DNA of 55,737 nucleotides from an uncultured Muribaculaceae bacterium (GTDB lineage Bacteria; Bacillota_I; Bacilli_A; RF39; UBA660): NCBI GenBank assembly GCA_964458035.1, contig CAYWFZ010000005.1, positions 1 to 55,737 of the forward strand, read 5' to 3'. Shown piece by piece: positions 1 to 9,366 of this stretch (position 1 is its first letter; each line of letters starts with the position of its first letter). The notes under the pieces were generated by a model. It saw only the letters and a program-made list of their open reading frames with translations, ran no database searches and was not told where the DNA came from. The position numbers and the translations under genes were made by a program.

Positions 1-631
1 GAGCTGATGCTCCTGTTAAAAGAGTTGTAAGAATTGGTGTTTCAACTTCAACATAGCCTTGTTTATCTAGGAAGTTTTGAATACATCTAATTATCTTAGG
101 TCTCATCATCGCGATACGCATAGATTCATCATTCATGATTAAGTCAACATATCTTCTTCTATATCTTTCTTCAACATCTGTTAAGCCATGAAATTTTTCA
201 GGAAGTGGACGAAGAGCTTTAACTAAATGCGTATATTCTAAACACTTGATTGTTATTTCTCCAGTTTGAGTCTTCATTATTTTACCCTTTACTCCAACAA
301 TATCACCAATATCAGCTGTTTTGAATAAAGAGTATGATTCTTCTCCAATGTCATTTATTGAAATATATATTTGAATACTTCCTGTCTTATCTTTAATTGT
401 AAAGAAGGATGCTTTCCCCATCTTTCTTATAAACATAATTCTACCAGCAACACATGCACAGTCATCCATATTATCAAAAGCATCATGTGGGGTATCAGCA
501 TATTTCTTTTTTATATCAGAGGCAAAATCTGTTCTTTCAAATCTAGTTCCAAATGGATCGATTCCTAAATCACGGATTTTATTCATTTTTTCTCTTCTTA
601 CTAATTCTTGATCTGTTAATTTTCTTTCCAT
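1..631 (-). CDS. lysS: Lysine--tRNA ligase, 5' part (runs off window start)
   Basis: Manual translation from ATG at 631: MERKLTDQELVRREKM...VAGRIMFIRKMGKASFFTIKD...KALRPLPEKFHGLTDVEERYRRRYVDLIMN...YVEVETPIL, characteristic of class II LysRS. Confidence 0.97.
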   Translation of the reverse strand, partial: MERKLTDQELVRREKMNKIRDLGIDPFGTRFERTDFASDIKKKYADTPHDAFDNMDDCACVAGRIMFIRKMGKASFFTIKDKTGSIQIYISINDIGEESYSLFKTADIGDIVGVKGKIMKTQTGEITIKCLEYTHLVKALRPLPEKFHGLTDVEERYRRRYVDLIMNDESMRIAMMRPKIIRCIQNFLDKQGYVEVETPILTTLLTGASA

Positions 632-714
632 AATAAAAACCTCTTTCTTTATTTAATAATCTACTATAATTTTATCACATTTTCTAGTATTTTTTTCGCT
701 TTTGAGCCATATTT

Positions 715-743
715 TTGACAAATAATTAAAAATATACTAAAAT
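715..743 (+). promoter_or_regulatory. Sigma-A type promoter of the 770..1564 gene
   Basis: TTGACA (715-720), 17 nt spacer, TAAAAT (738-743). Confidence 0.7.
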
Positions 744-769
744 AACTCAGCGAATGAGGGGTATGTGAT

Positions 770-1564
770 ATGGAACTTTCAAATAAATATTTTAGAAAAC
801 ATATAAAACTTATACATGATCTTGCAAAAAATATTACTCAAACTAATGTAAGAGATGAAAACACTTTTAATTTTATTGTATTTAGTGGTATTCATAAAAT
901 AGATATAGGATATGAAACTATCCCTATATTAAAACTACATTCAGAAGAACAAAAAAATCAATCTTTTATAATGCAAGGTTTTATGGAATCAGTAATGATT
1001 ATGGACCTATATTTGGCACTTAATAAAAAGATTTGTTTAGGAGAATCTACAAAGAAAGATGAAAGTATTATAAATAGAATTATATCTTGTGTTAATAATG
1101 ATAAGACTGATAAAAAATATGATAATTTATTTATTGATCCTAATGTTGATGCAATGTTAGTACAGTCTAGCTTGGACTTTTTAGATCTTACTGCCTTTGA
1201 TAAGGTATTAACATTTAAATGTTTGACTGAAGATGATGCTACAGTTCTAAATGCTATTTCACCACTTTTTATGCAAGATTTAATTACTTATGCAGTTGAT
1301 ATTAATAGAGACTTCTTTATTAGACAAATTAATAAATTGAAGAAGGCTTTTGGTGAAGAAGAAGCAATGAATATAGCTGCTAAATTTTTAATTGGTGCAT
1401 TTAAAATGGATATTCAAGCAGAAGAATTAATAATAGATATTAGAAATCATGCTGGTACAGATGAGGTTATGCAAGGATTAGTAGATGAAAATATTCAATT
1501 AGTTTCAGCATTTGTTTTATCATATTATAAAGAATATAATCAGGAAGGTCCAAAATTAAGTTAA
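770..1564 (+). CDS. Hypothetical protein (264 aa)
   Basis: Long ORF with SD GAGGGG, own promoter and terminator; no motif recognised. Confidence 0.8.
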   Translation: MELSNKYFRKHIKLIHDLAKNITQTNVRDENTFNFIVFSGIHKIDIGYETIPILKLHSEEQKNQSFIMQGFMESVMIMDLYLALNKKICLGESTKKDESIINRIISCVNNDKTDKKYDNLFIDPNVDAMLVQSSLDFLDLTAFDKVLTFKCLTEDDATVLNAISPLFMQDLITYAVDINRDFFIRQINKLKKAFGEEEAMNIAAKFLIGAFKMDIQAEELIIDIRNHAGTDEVMQGLVDENIQLVSAFVLSYYKEYNQEGPKLS

Positions 1565-1566
1565 GT

Positions 1567-1596
1567 AAAAAAAGTTGATAAATTATCAACTTTTTT
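1567..1596. terminator. Bidirectional intrinsic terminator
   Basis: AAAAAAGTTGATAA-A-TTATCAACTTTTTT between convergent genes. Confidence 0.85.
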
Positions 1597-2443
1597 ATTT
1601 TTTTAGATATGCAAGTTCTTCTTCACTTGTTATAGCTTTTCTTTCCCTTTCAAGTTGTTTTATGCTTTTTTCAGGTGTTGGTAAATCTTCTGGCATAGTG
1701 CCGCCAGCTTCTTCTATAGCTTTTCTTACTATCTTTCCTACTTCTTTGTGAGTAATGCAAGCATTATACTCCCCTTCTATGTTATCTCTTTTTAATTTAG
1801 ATTCTGTTTGAACGATTCTGAATAAATTGTCAGCTAGTTCTTCGCTTCCCATATTATCTAAAATTTCTTCTCGATATCTTAATCCTTTTCTCCTAGCTAT
1901 GTCATTTGCAGTTTCACCATTATATAAACCTTCATATCCTGCATTATGAAATTTGTCAAAATTCTTAACTCCAGCATTTTGTGCTGTTTTATTTAAAGAA
2001 TAATTCCCTTTTTTAGTTAGGCTTCGTTGGTAGAGTCTTTTATCATCTTCAGTTAAAAGAGCATACTCTTTTTCTGATAACTCTTGACGTCTTGTTTGTA
2101 CTGCAAAATATGTTTGACCTAAAGCAACTACTTCTTTCCTTGGATCTGAATTTTGCACTATTAAGTAACACGCATAGCGTGACAATTTATAATCCTCAAT
2201 TTTTACAATTGCATTATTATTTCTTTTTGACAACTTGCCGACGTCGGTAAAATGTTCAGGAACCTCTTTTTTACTTAATTTGCATGCCGATTTAGCTTTT
2301 TCTATTACACTACTAAAATTACTCCATTTTGAATACTTAAGTACTTTCATTAGTTCTCTCGCTAACCAATATTCATTACCATATTTATCTTTGTGTTTAA
2401 TATCATCGAATGTTTTCTCGTCATATAGTTCTATTTTGTTCAT
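1595..2443 (-). CDS. dinD: DNA damage-inducible protein D (Bro-N domain)
   Basis: EYWLARELMKVLKYSKWSNF, DYKLSRYACYLIVQNSDPRKEVVALGQTYFAVQTRRQE, ILDNMGSEELADNLFRI, GGTMPEDLPTPEKSIK. Confidence 0.92.
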   Translation of the reverse strand: MNKIELYDEKTFDDIKHKDKYGNEYWLARELMKVLKYSKWSNFSSVIEKAKSACKLSKKEVPEHFTDVGKLSKRNNNAIVKIEDYKLSRYACYLIVQNSDPRKEVVALGQTYFAVQTRRQELSEKEYALLTEDDKRLYQRSLTKKGNYSLNKTAQNAGVKNFDKFHNAGYEGLYNGETANDIARRKGLRYREEILDNMGSEELADNLFRIVQTESKLKRDNIEGEYNACITHKEVGKIVRKAIEEAGGTMPEDLPTPEKSIKQLERERKAITSEEELAYLKK

Positions 2444-2657
2444 TTTTTAATCTCTCCTTTGTTTATGCACGATTACATCTCCTTTTGATTAGTAAATTTA
2501 ATATATTTTCTCAATGTAATAGTAAATTTTTTTCAGAATAATAGCAAGCATTTTATATGAATCTTTTAAAGTTTTTCCAAAAATCCTACAGATATTAAAA
2601 ATCAGCATTTAATTATACACTTCATTTACATATGCTAGAAATAATATTATGGCAACT

Positions 2658-2689
2658 AAAAACAGTTGGCTTAAATGACCAACTGTTTT
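2658..2689 (-). terminator. Intrinsic terminator after valS
   Basis: AAAACAGTTGG...CCAACTGTTTT inverted repeat. Confidence 0.8.
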
Positions 2690-2693
2690 AATA

Positions 2694-5213
2694 TTATTTT
2701 TTTAATAATGCAAGTTGTTCTTCTTCACTTGCTAGAGTTTGTCTTTCTTTTTCAACTAGCTCTTTAGGTGCTTTATTAACATACCCTTCATTACTTAATA
2801 ATTTCTTTCTTCTTTCAATAGATGCTTCTAAATCATTAATTTGTTTTTCTTTTAGTCTTAATTCTTCTTCGGTTATTTGTTTTTCAAAATAAATTGTAGC
2901 TTTATATTTCTTTGTTTTAACATCATATGAATTAATACTTAGATCTTCATTAACTAATGCATCTGTTAATTTTAACATCTTTATTATTATTTCATCATCA
3001 GTATTAATTTTAACTTTAGCATCTTTAGTTATATTATTTTCAGCTTTTACATTACGGAAGTTCTTGATAAACTCTATTTTTTCGTCAACTAGTTTTTCTT
3101 CATTTTTAAATATAAGAGAAGCATCATATAATGGATACTCACTTATCATGATTGAATCATGAGTCTTGATTGGTAACATTCCATAAATCTCCTCTGTAAC
3201 AAATGGCATAAATGGATGTAATATTTGAAGAATTCCAGATAATACCCAGAATAGTGTTGATTTTGTTGCTGGTTTATCTAAATTATATTTTGCAAATTCA
3301 ATATAGTTACTACAGAAGTCATCATAGATAAAATTATATGTTTCCGTACCTACTAAATTAAATTCATACTTGTCCATATGTTTAATAGTTGAATTAATAA
3401 TGCGTTCGTATTTAGTTAAAATCCATTTATCTTCATCACTTAGATTAACTAGTTCAGCTTCTTTCAAGTCTTCAATGTTTAATAGTACAAAACGAGAAGC
3501 ATTCCAAATTTTATTTATGTAATTCCATGTGCTTGAAAGTTTTTCTTCATCGAAACGAAGATCTGTACCCATTGCAACATCTGTTGATAGATAGTATCTT
3601 AAGGCATCTACTCCATACTTTTCTATCATATCCATTGGGTCAACTCCATTACCCAAAGACTTGGACATTTTTCTTCCTTGTTTATCACGGATTAAACCAT
3701 GAATTACACAATCTTTAAATGGACGAGTACCAGTAATATGTTCAGCTTGGAATACCATTCTTGCAACCCAGAAGAAGATGATATCATATGCTGTTACTAA
3801 ACAATCATTTGGATAGTATCTTTCAATGTCTTCAGTTTGATTTGGCCAACCTAATGTCGAGAATGGCCAAAGTGCACTTGAGAACCATGTATCTAATACA
3901 TCTTCATCTTGTACCCATCCATCTTCAGTTGGAGCAGTCTCTCCTACATATATTTCGTCTCCCTTATACCATGCAGGGATACGATGACCCCACCATAGTT
4001 GACGAGATATACACCAGTCAAAACAATCTTCCATCCAATGTGTTAAAGTTTTCTCAAACTTGTCTGGAACAAAGTTAACTTTTTCATTTTTTTTCTTTTG
4101 GGTATCTAAAACACGCTTAGCTAAGTCTCCCATGCGAACAAACCATTGTTTAGATAGATATGGTTCAACCATTACTCCTGTACGTTCAGAGTGACCTACT
4201 GAGTGTGTCATTGGTTCGATACTTATAAGTAAACCATCACTTTCCAAATCCTTAAGTAAAGCTTCCCTACATTCTTCGCGAGTCATACCTTCGTACTTTC
4301 CTGCATTAGCATTCATTGTAGCGTCTTCATTCATAACTACAATTCGCTCCAAGTTATGACGGTTTCCAACCTCAAAGTCATTAGGGTCATGGGCTGGAGT
4401 TATCTTAACAACTCCTGATCCAAACTCTGGATCAGCATGTTCGTCAGCTATAACTGGTATTGCTTTATTAACGATTGGTAATATGACATTTTTACCAATA
4501 TATTTTTTGTATCTTTCATCATTTTCATTTACGGCAACTGCAGTATCACCAAATAAAGTTTCTGGTCTTGTAGTTGCAACATCTAAAAATTCATTTGATC
4601 CCTCAATAAAGTATTTTAAGTGATAGAAAGCACCTTCTATATCTTTATAGATAACCTCTTCATTAGATAAAGCTGTTTTAGCTTCAGGGTCCCAGTTAAT
4701 GATTCTTTCACCACGATAGATTATACCTTCATTATAGTAATCAACAAATACTTTAGTTACAGCTTTATTTAATCCTTCATCAAGAGTAAATCTTTCTTTA
4801 TTATAGTCAACTGATATTCCCATCTTAGCCCATTGTTCTCTTATGTTTCCACCATATTCGTGAGTCCAATCCCAACAAGCATCTAAAAACTTTTCTCTTC
4901 CATATTCATACTTATTGATACCTTGTTCTTTTAGACGTTTAACTACTTTTGCTTCAGTTGCTATTGCTGCATGGTCCATTCCTGGTAGCCATAAACAATC
5001 AAATCCTTGCATTCTTTTATAACGAATTATTATATCTTGTATTGAAACATCCATTGCATGGCCTAAATGAAGTTTACCTGTAACATTTGGAGGTGGAATA
5101 ACTATGCAATATGGATTTTTACTCTTATCTCCTGAATTAAAATATCCAGCATTTTTCCATTTCTCATATTTTCCTTCTTCGATTTTTTTATTATCGTATT
5201 TTGTGTCTAACAT
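2694..5213 (-). CDS. valS: Valine--tRNA ligase
   Basis: [34 protein letters not shown]-terminal coiled coil; start placed at ATG 5213 after SD GAAGGGA. Confidence 0.98.
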   Translation of the reverse strand: MLDTKYDNKKIEEGKYEKWKNAGYFNSGDKSKNPYCIVIPPPNVTGKLHLGHAMDVSIQDIIIRYKRMQGFDCLWLPGMDHAAIATEAKVVKRLKEQGINKYEYGREKFLDACWDWTHEYGGNIREQWAKMGISVDYNKERFTLDEGLNKAVTKVFVDYYNEGIIYRGERIINWDPEAKTALSNEEVIYKDIEGAFYHLKYFIEGSNEFLDVATTRPETLFGDTAVAVNENDERYKKYIGKNVILPIVNKAIPVIADEHADPEFGSGVVKITPAHDPNDFEVGNRHNLERIVVMNEDATMNANAGKYEGMTREECREALLKDLESDGLLISIEPMTHSVGHSERTGVMVEPYLSKQWFVRMGDLAKRVLDTQKKKNEKVNFVPDKFEKTLTHWMEDCFDWCISRQLWWGHRIPAWYKGDEIYVGETAPTEDGWVQDEDVLDTWFSSALWPFSTLGWPNQTEDIERYYPNDCLVTAYDIIFFWVARMVFQAEHITGTRPFKDCVIHGLIRDKQGRKMSKSLGNGVDPMDMIEKYGVDALRYYLSTDVAMGTDLRFDEEKLSSTWNYINKIWNASRFVLLNIEDLKEAELVNLSDEDKWILTKYERIINSTIKHMDKYEFNLVGTETYNFIYDDFCSNYIEFAKYNLDKPATKSTLFWVLSGILQILHPFMPFVTEEIYGMLPIKTHDSIMISEYPLYDASLIFKNEEKLVDEKIEFIKNFRNVKAENNITKDAKVKINTDDEIIIKMLKLTDALVNEDLSINSYDVKTKKYKATIYFEKQITEEELRLKEKQINDLEASIERRKKLLSNEGYVNKAPKELVEKERQTLASEEEQLALLKK

Positions 5214-5233
5214 TTTTATCATCCCTTCTTAAA

Positions 5234-5450
5234 TAAAAAAAGAGCCTTCATCCAAAGGACGAAAACTCGTGGTACCACCTTAATTTGTGCTCTTTACTCT
5301 TAACGTGAGTTACTCGTTTAACTCTACTACTATTTCAAGTTAACAACTCCCAAGCTACCTTCAAATACTCTTGTTAAGAAAGACTTTCAGTCAGTGATCT
5401 TTCATTCCTAATAACAAGTGATTATTTTACTCCTCTTGTTCTGTGTCTTT
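5234..5450 (-). promoter_or_regulatory. T-box riboswitch (Val specifier)
   Basis: T-box AATTAAGGTGGTACCACG (5268-5285), terminator hairpin with U tract, specifier loop GAAG-GUA-GC with Val codon GUA at 5356-5358. Confidence 0.92.
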
Positions 5451-5485
5451 AAAATAATTACTAATTACATTATACATTAATTTTG

Positions 5486-6208
5486 TTATTTTGCAAGATT
5501 TTCTTGTTGTTTGCTTATTTTTAATTGTTTAGAATCTTCTCTACTTAGATTTTCTGATTCAATTATATCTTCTAATACTGTTCTATATGATTCGGGTAAC
5601 TTTGATACAACATCAGGTGTGTTACCTTTAGTAATGCTTTCTATTAAAAGTGAAAGTTCAGCTTCCATAACCATTCTTTTTTCTTCTTCTGTTAAATTAT
5701 CTATGCCATTCGCATCATTACAAAGAATACTATGTAACATATTACTTGTCTCTTCATCACCAGCAACTACTTCAATATCTTCATTTCCTCTAACACCTGC
5801 ATAAAATGTACGAGTCAAATAACTTTCAAAAACATTAGCTTTAGCTTCCATTAAAACACTTAAATAGTAATCTAATAATTCTTGATCTTCACTTGATACT
5901 TTATAAACTTGAGTAGGATTAACACATCTTACTTCATACTCTTCAACACCAAAATCGTAATTTTCAACAGTGCAACCATTATTTTTAAAATAAATGTCAT
6001 AAGATGGATGAACATATCCTCTAGATGAATAAACTGCAGAAGAAGTATCTCCATTCATACATTTCTCACGTGCTCTTTTTACTGAATAATCATAAATATT
6101 GTCTAGATAAGCCATTTTGACACCCTCTGGTAATAAGCTAAATTCAAAAGGTGTAATATAACATTCCTTGTCTAGCATCTCTTTTCTATTGTAGTTTAAA
6201 TTTTCCAT
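5486..6208 (-). CDS. Hypothetical acidic protein (240 aa)
   Basis: ORF with strong SD GAAGGAG; no motif recognised. Confidence 0.8.
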   Translation of the reverse strand: MENLNYNRKEMLDKECYITPFEFSLLPEGVKMAYLDNIYDYSVKRAREKCMNGDTSSAVYSSRGYVHPSYDIYFKNNGCTVENYDFGVEEYEVRCVNPTQVYKVSSEDQELLDYYLSVLMEAKANVFESYLTRTFYAGVRGNEDIEVVAGDEETSNMLHSILCNDANGIDNLTEEEKRMVMEAELSLLIESITKGNTPDVVSKLPESYRTVLEDIIESENLSREDSKQLKISKQQENLAK

Positions 6209-6262
6209 AAATCATTCTCCTTCTAAGTTTTTTATATATTATATTATATATCTTTATTCAGT

Positions 6263-6811
6263 TCAATGATTTTTTAAAAAGCATGAATCTTCATGGTCAT
6301 TAATAATACCAATTGCTTGTAGATATGAGTATATTATTGTACTTCCAACAAAACGCATTCCTCTTTTAGTTAAATCAGAAGATATCTTATCTGAAAGATC
6401 CGATGTTGTATTTGTTCCATCACCTATTATTTGTTTTCCATTGGTGTAGTCCCATATATATTTATCAAAAGAACCATATTCTTCTATAATTGATTTATAA
6501 ATTTTAGCATTATTAATTGATGCAATAATTTTTCGTCTATTTCTGATAATTCCAGTATTCTGCATAAGTTCATCAATCTTTTTTTCATCATAGTTAGAAA
6601 TTTTTTCATAATCGAAGTTATCAAAACATGAACGGAAGTTTTCTCTTTTATTTAAAATACACTCCCATGAAAGTCCAGCTTGAAATGATTCTAAAATAAG
6701 AAGCTCAAAAAGATATTTATCATCGTGACTAGGTACTCCCCATTCATTATCATGATAATCAACATACAATTTATTATTTGTATTACACCATTTACATCTC
6801 TTCATATTCAC
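6263..6811 (-). CDS. tag: DNA-3-methyladenine glycosylase I
   Basis: RCKW, YHDNEWGVP, LFELLILESFQAGLSW, IIRNRRKI, FVGSTIIYSYLQAIGIINDHEDSC. Confidence 0.96.
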   Translation of the reverse strand: MNMKRCKWCNTNNKLYVDYHDNEWGVPSHDDKYLFELLILESFQAGLSWECILNKRENFRSCFDNFDYEKISNYDEKKIDELMQNTGIIRNRRKIIASINNAKIYKSIIEEYGSFDKYIWDYTNGKQIIGDGTNTTSDLSDKISSDLTKRGMRFVGSTIIYSYLQAIGIINDHEDSCFLKNH

Positions 6812-7139
6812 GTTTTATCCACTCCATTATAATACTTACAATATAATCTATTTCTTTTTGTGTTAGCTCTCTACCTTTTGGAATCTTGTGCCATTTAAAT
6901 AGACACTCACGACAACAAGTTGCTGTTGCATGCTCGGCAATAAATACAGGGTGCCCTTTAAAAGGAGTTTGTTTTCCGTCATTTTTAATACTTGCTGGTG
7001 CTAGACGCTTTGTTATAAAATCATAGGCATGTTCTTTAATTTTATCTAAACCAACCTTATCAATGTATTCTTTATCTTTCTGTTTTAAAGTAAAGCTACT
7101 TCTAAATTTAGACTTAGAAAGTATTATTAAAATATCCAT
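6792..7139 (-). CDS. DUF4186 family protein
   Basis: SKFRSSF, RLAPA..KNDGKQTPFKGHPVFIAEHATATCCRECLFKWH. Confidence 0.9.
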   Translation of the reverse strand: MDILIILSKSKFRSSFTLKQKDKEYIDKVGLDKIKEHAYDFITKRLAPASIKNDGKQTPFKGHPVFIAEHATATCCRECLFKWHKIPKGRELTQKEIDYIVSIIMEWIKREYEEM

Positions 7140-7225
7140 AATTATCCTTCTTTATTAAATTATATAATAACAAATTTAATAATGTAAAGAAATTAAATTT
7201 ATTAATCAATATACCTAAATGAGTC

Positions 7226-7255
7226 TTGTATAAAAAAACTAATAAATGTTATAAT
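7226..7255 (+). promoter_or_regulatory. Sigma-A promoter of candidate antitoxin sRNA 1
   Basis: TTGTAT (7226-7231), 18 nt spacer, extended TG-n-TATAAT (7250-7255); no plus-strand gene follows. Confidence 0.7.
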
Positions 7256-7261
7256 TAAGTT

Positions 7262-7343
7262 GGTGAGAAGCAGATTATCTCTTGGGTATGATGCTTACCA
7301 CATAGTTTTTGCATCTTTATTCAGAAGAATAAAGATGTTTTTT
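7262..7343 (+). ncRNA. Candidate antisense (type I antitoxin) sRNA 1, about 80 nt
   Basis: Promoter, 5' stem-loop and terminator hairpin GCATCTTTATTC-AGAA-GAATAAAGATGT with T tract; homologous to 44555-44643; ends inferred. Confidence 0.65.
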
Positions 7344-7344
7344 A

Positions 7345-7416
7345 TTACCCAAATAGTATGAGTAATAAAATAGTAATCGTTTGGATTAGCATTATTAGGT
7401 CTTTCAAATTAATCAC
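7345..7416 (-). CDS. Small hydrophobic peptide, candidate type I toxin (MINLKDLIMLIQTITILLLILFG)
   Basis: GTG start 5 nt after SD AAAGAGGTG; single TM-like stretch; SD is complementary to upstream 7475-7484; paralogue at 44648-44722. Confidence 0.72.
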   Translation of the reverse strand: MINLKDLIMLIQTITILLLILFG

Positions 7417-7536
7417 TATATCACCTCTTTACTTCAAAAAAACAAAACCCCCTGAATTTTTCACCCAAGGTATTAGAGGTGATAAACATCTTTTCTGCTT
7501 CTCGAGTGTGTATACTAACACGCCCATATAAAATAA

Positions 7537-7545
7537 TTTGTCGAA
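7537..7545. promoter_or_regulatory. Spo0A box (0A box)
   Basis: TTTGTCGAA, perfect TGNCGAA consensus, upstream of the peptide transcript. Confidence 0.6.
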
Positions 7546-7558
7546 TATTCTGTTACAT

Positions 7559-7583
7559 AAAAAAACAAGGCCTTCACCTTGTT
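7559..7583 (-). terminator. Intrinsic terminator after GNAT gene
   Basis: Minus strand AACAAGG-TGAAGG-CCTTGTT followed by T tract. Confidence 0.7.
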
Positions 7584-8106
7584 AATATTGAACTCTAATA
7601 AGTTCTATTTCATAAAGTAATTCATCACCTATATTACCATCAATATCTTCACGATAATTGGGAATAGTATCAATTAGTTCAAAACCAGCCTTCTCTAAAA
7701 TAGTTTTTGCTCCAATGTTTCTTCCATCACATGTAGCATAGATACTTCCTAGATTAGTTTTTTTAAGCTCTTCAACTATTTTCTTTAAAGCTTCTGTTCC
7801 ATATCCTTGATTCCAATAATCTCTGACTATCCAAATATTTACTGATTTACTTCTACTATCCTCTTGATATAGGGAAATATTTCCAATTATTTTATTAGTT
7901 TTCTTTTCCTTAATAATTAATCTTGTATGATAATCATCTTTATATGTGTTAATGATATAATTAGTAAATCCTTCAAGATCCCAATCCACTCTAAAACCAG
8001 GAAGATATTTACCTACCTCTTTATCTGTTCCCCATGCTTCGTACATAACAGAAATGTATTCAGGTATAAATTTTTTAACTTCAAGATTTTTAGTTTCAAA
8101 TTCCAT
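7582..8106 (-). CDS. GNAT N-acetyltransferase (RimJ/RimL-like)
   Basis: YWNQGYGTEAL acetyl-CoA motif and NIGAKTILEKAGF. Confidence 0.88.
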   Translation of the reverse strand: MEFETKNLEVKKFIPEYISVMYEAWGTDKEVGKYLPGFRVDWDLEGFTNYIINTYKDDYHTRLIIKEKKTNKIIGNISLYQEDSRSKSVNIWIVRDYWNQGYGTEALKKIVEELKKTNLGSIYATCDGRNIGAKTILEKAGFELIDTIPNYREDIDGNIGDELLYEIELIRVQY

Positions 8107-8187
8107 ATCATTACCCTCATATCTATAATAAAATTATATCATAGTAATTGGTATAATATGTATTATTTTAGTTTGTATTGTGTCAAA

Positions 8188-9309
8188 TTAATGTTTTAAA
8201 CTGGGAAATTTGTTATTAATCATTGATGAAGATTCCTCTTTTAGAAATATTAATAATATCTTTAATAAAGAACTGACAATTTCCTTACTCTTCTTATCTA
8301 ATTTTTTGCTTTCTTTAATCAAACTTATAACTTTTTTTAACTTATTATTTCTTAAATCCAGTAATGATTTTATTCCGGCACGGTTGAAAATATCAAATAG
8401 ATCATGGACAAACTCTTTTCTCTCTTCATCACTGTAACTATTTAACCAGCTTTCTAATGATGCTTTTAGTTTCTCACTTCTTGATGATAATTTAGTATAT
8501 TTGAAATTGTATTCATCAATACACCAATTAATCATGTTATGGGCCATAACTCCCTTTTTCATAGATGCGACAATAGTTATATCACTAACATTATAAAATA
8601 ATAAACCGATGATAGAGTAATTTGTAACGACTCTTCTTATTTTATTCTCAATTTGTTTAAATTCTTGGGACAACACTTGTTCTTCTCTTATTCCTGGAGC
8701 ATCAAACATATAAATAGTTTGTACTTTTGATTTTTTTAAAGTTCTCCCATACATACCAGCTACTAGTGCAAGATTACCTCCTTTTGAGTGACCTCCCAAA
8801 ATATATTTTCTTTTACTAAAAGGGTTTATATTATGATTAACATACTTAATAGCTTCTTGTTGTGATGGAACAGGAAATTTATAACTCATAGCTGCATCTT
8901 CATACCATCCTCCAATTAGCTCATCTGTTCCTTCGAAGGATAGATAACTTAAATTTTCACTAATGCTAATGCATATAGCTTGAAATTGTTTTTTATCTTC
9001 AATTTTTTTTACATATTTAGATAACTCTAGATTACCAAATCTTTTTGTCTTATATATTGCTTTAAATATCTTTATACCTGTTTGAACAGAAAACACATTT
9101 TTCTTTAATTCGGAAGCTGAATATTGATTAAAAAAAAGAATACCAGCATCCTTTATTTTTATTTTCTCGTGTTTTTTTATAAGACCAGAAAAATTAATAT
9201 AAGATAAGCTTGCCATAATTAAACTATCTAGTTCATTAAAAGTCACTAACTCAAAAGAATAATCTCCCGTATCCTTTATATAATCAATTATATTTTTTCT
9301 CTTTTTCAT
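8188..9309 (-). CDS. DUF2974/Mbeg1-like alpha/beta hydrolase
   Basis: FNELDSLI..LSY, SFEGTD..GWYED, GHSKGGNLA nucleophile elbow, FDAPG. Confidence 0.88.
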   Translation of the reverse strand: MKKRKNIIDYIKDTGDYSFELVTFNELDSLIMASLSYINFSGLIKKHEKIKIKDAGILFFNQYSASELKKNVFSVQTGIKIFKAIYKTKRFGNLELSKYVKKIEDKKQFQAICISISENLSYLSFEGTDELIGGWYEDAAMSYKFPVPSQQEAIKYVNHNINPFSKRKYILGGHSKGGNLALVAGMYGRTLKKSKVQTIYMFDAPGIREEQVLSQEFKQIENKIRRVVTNYSIIGLLFYNVSDITIVASMKKGVMAHNMINWCIDEYNFKYTKLSSRSEKLKASLESWLNSYSDEERKEFVHDLFDIFNRAGIKSLLDLRNNKLKKVISLIKESKKLDKKSKEIVSSLLKILLIFLKEESSSMINNKFPSLKH

Positions 9310-9366
9310 ATAATCACTTCATCTATAGTTAAATTATATAAAATAATGAAAAAAAAAGAAATATAA

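Noticed and set aside
371-568. Plus-strand 65-aa ORF, and the many other short plus-strand ORFs in the track
   Set aside because: They are antisense shadows of well-supported minus-strand genes (here lysS), with no SD or recognisable motif
2498-2608. 36-codon minus-strand ORF between valS and dinD
   Set aside because: No SD, and the composition is typical of AT-rich promoter DNA
7226-7545. Interpretation of the cassettes as MITE/IS remnants because of their inverted repeats
   Set aside because: The repeats are short, internal and permuted, tolerate G-U pairs, and show no target-site duplication; RNA pairing explains them better
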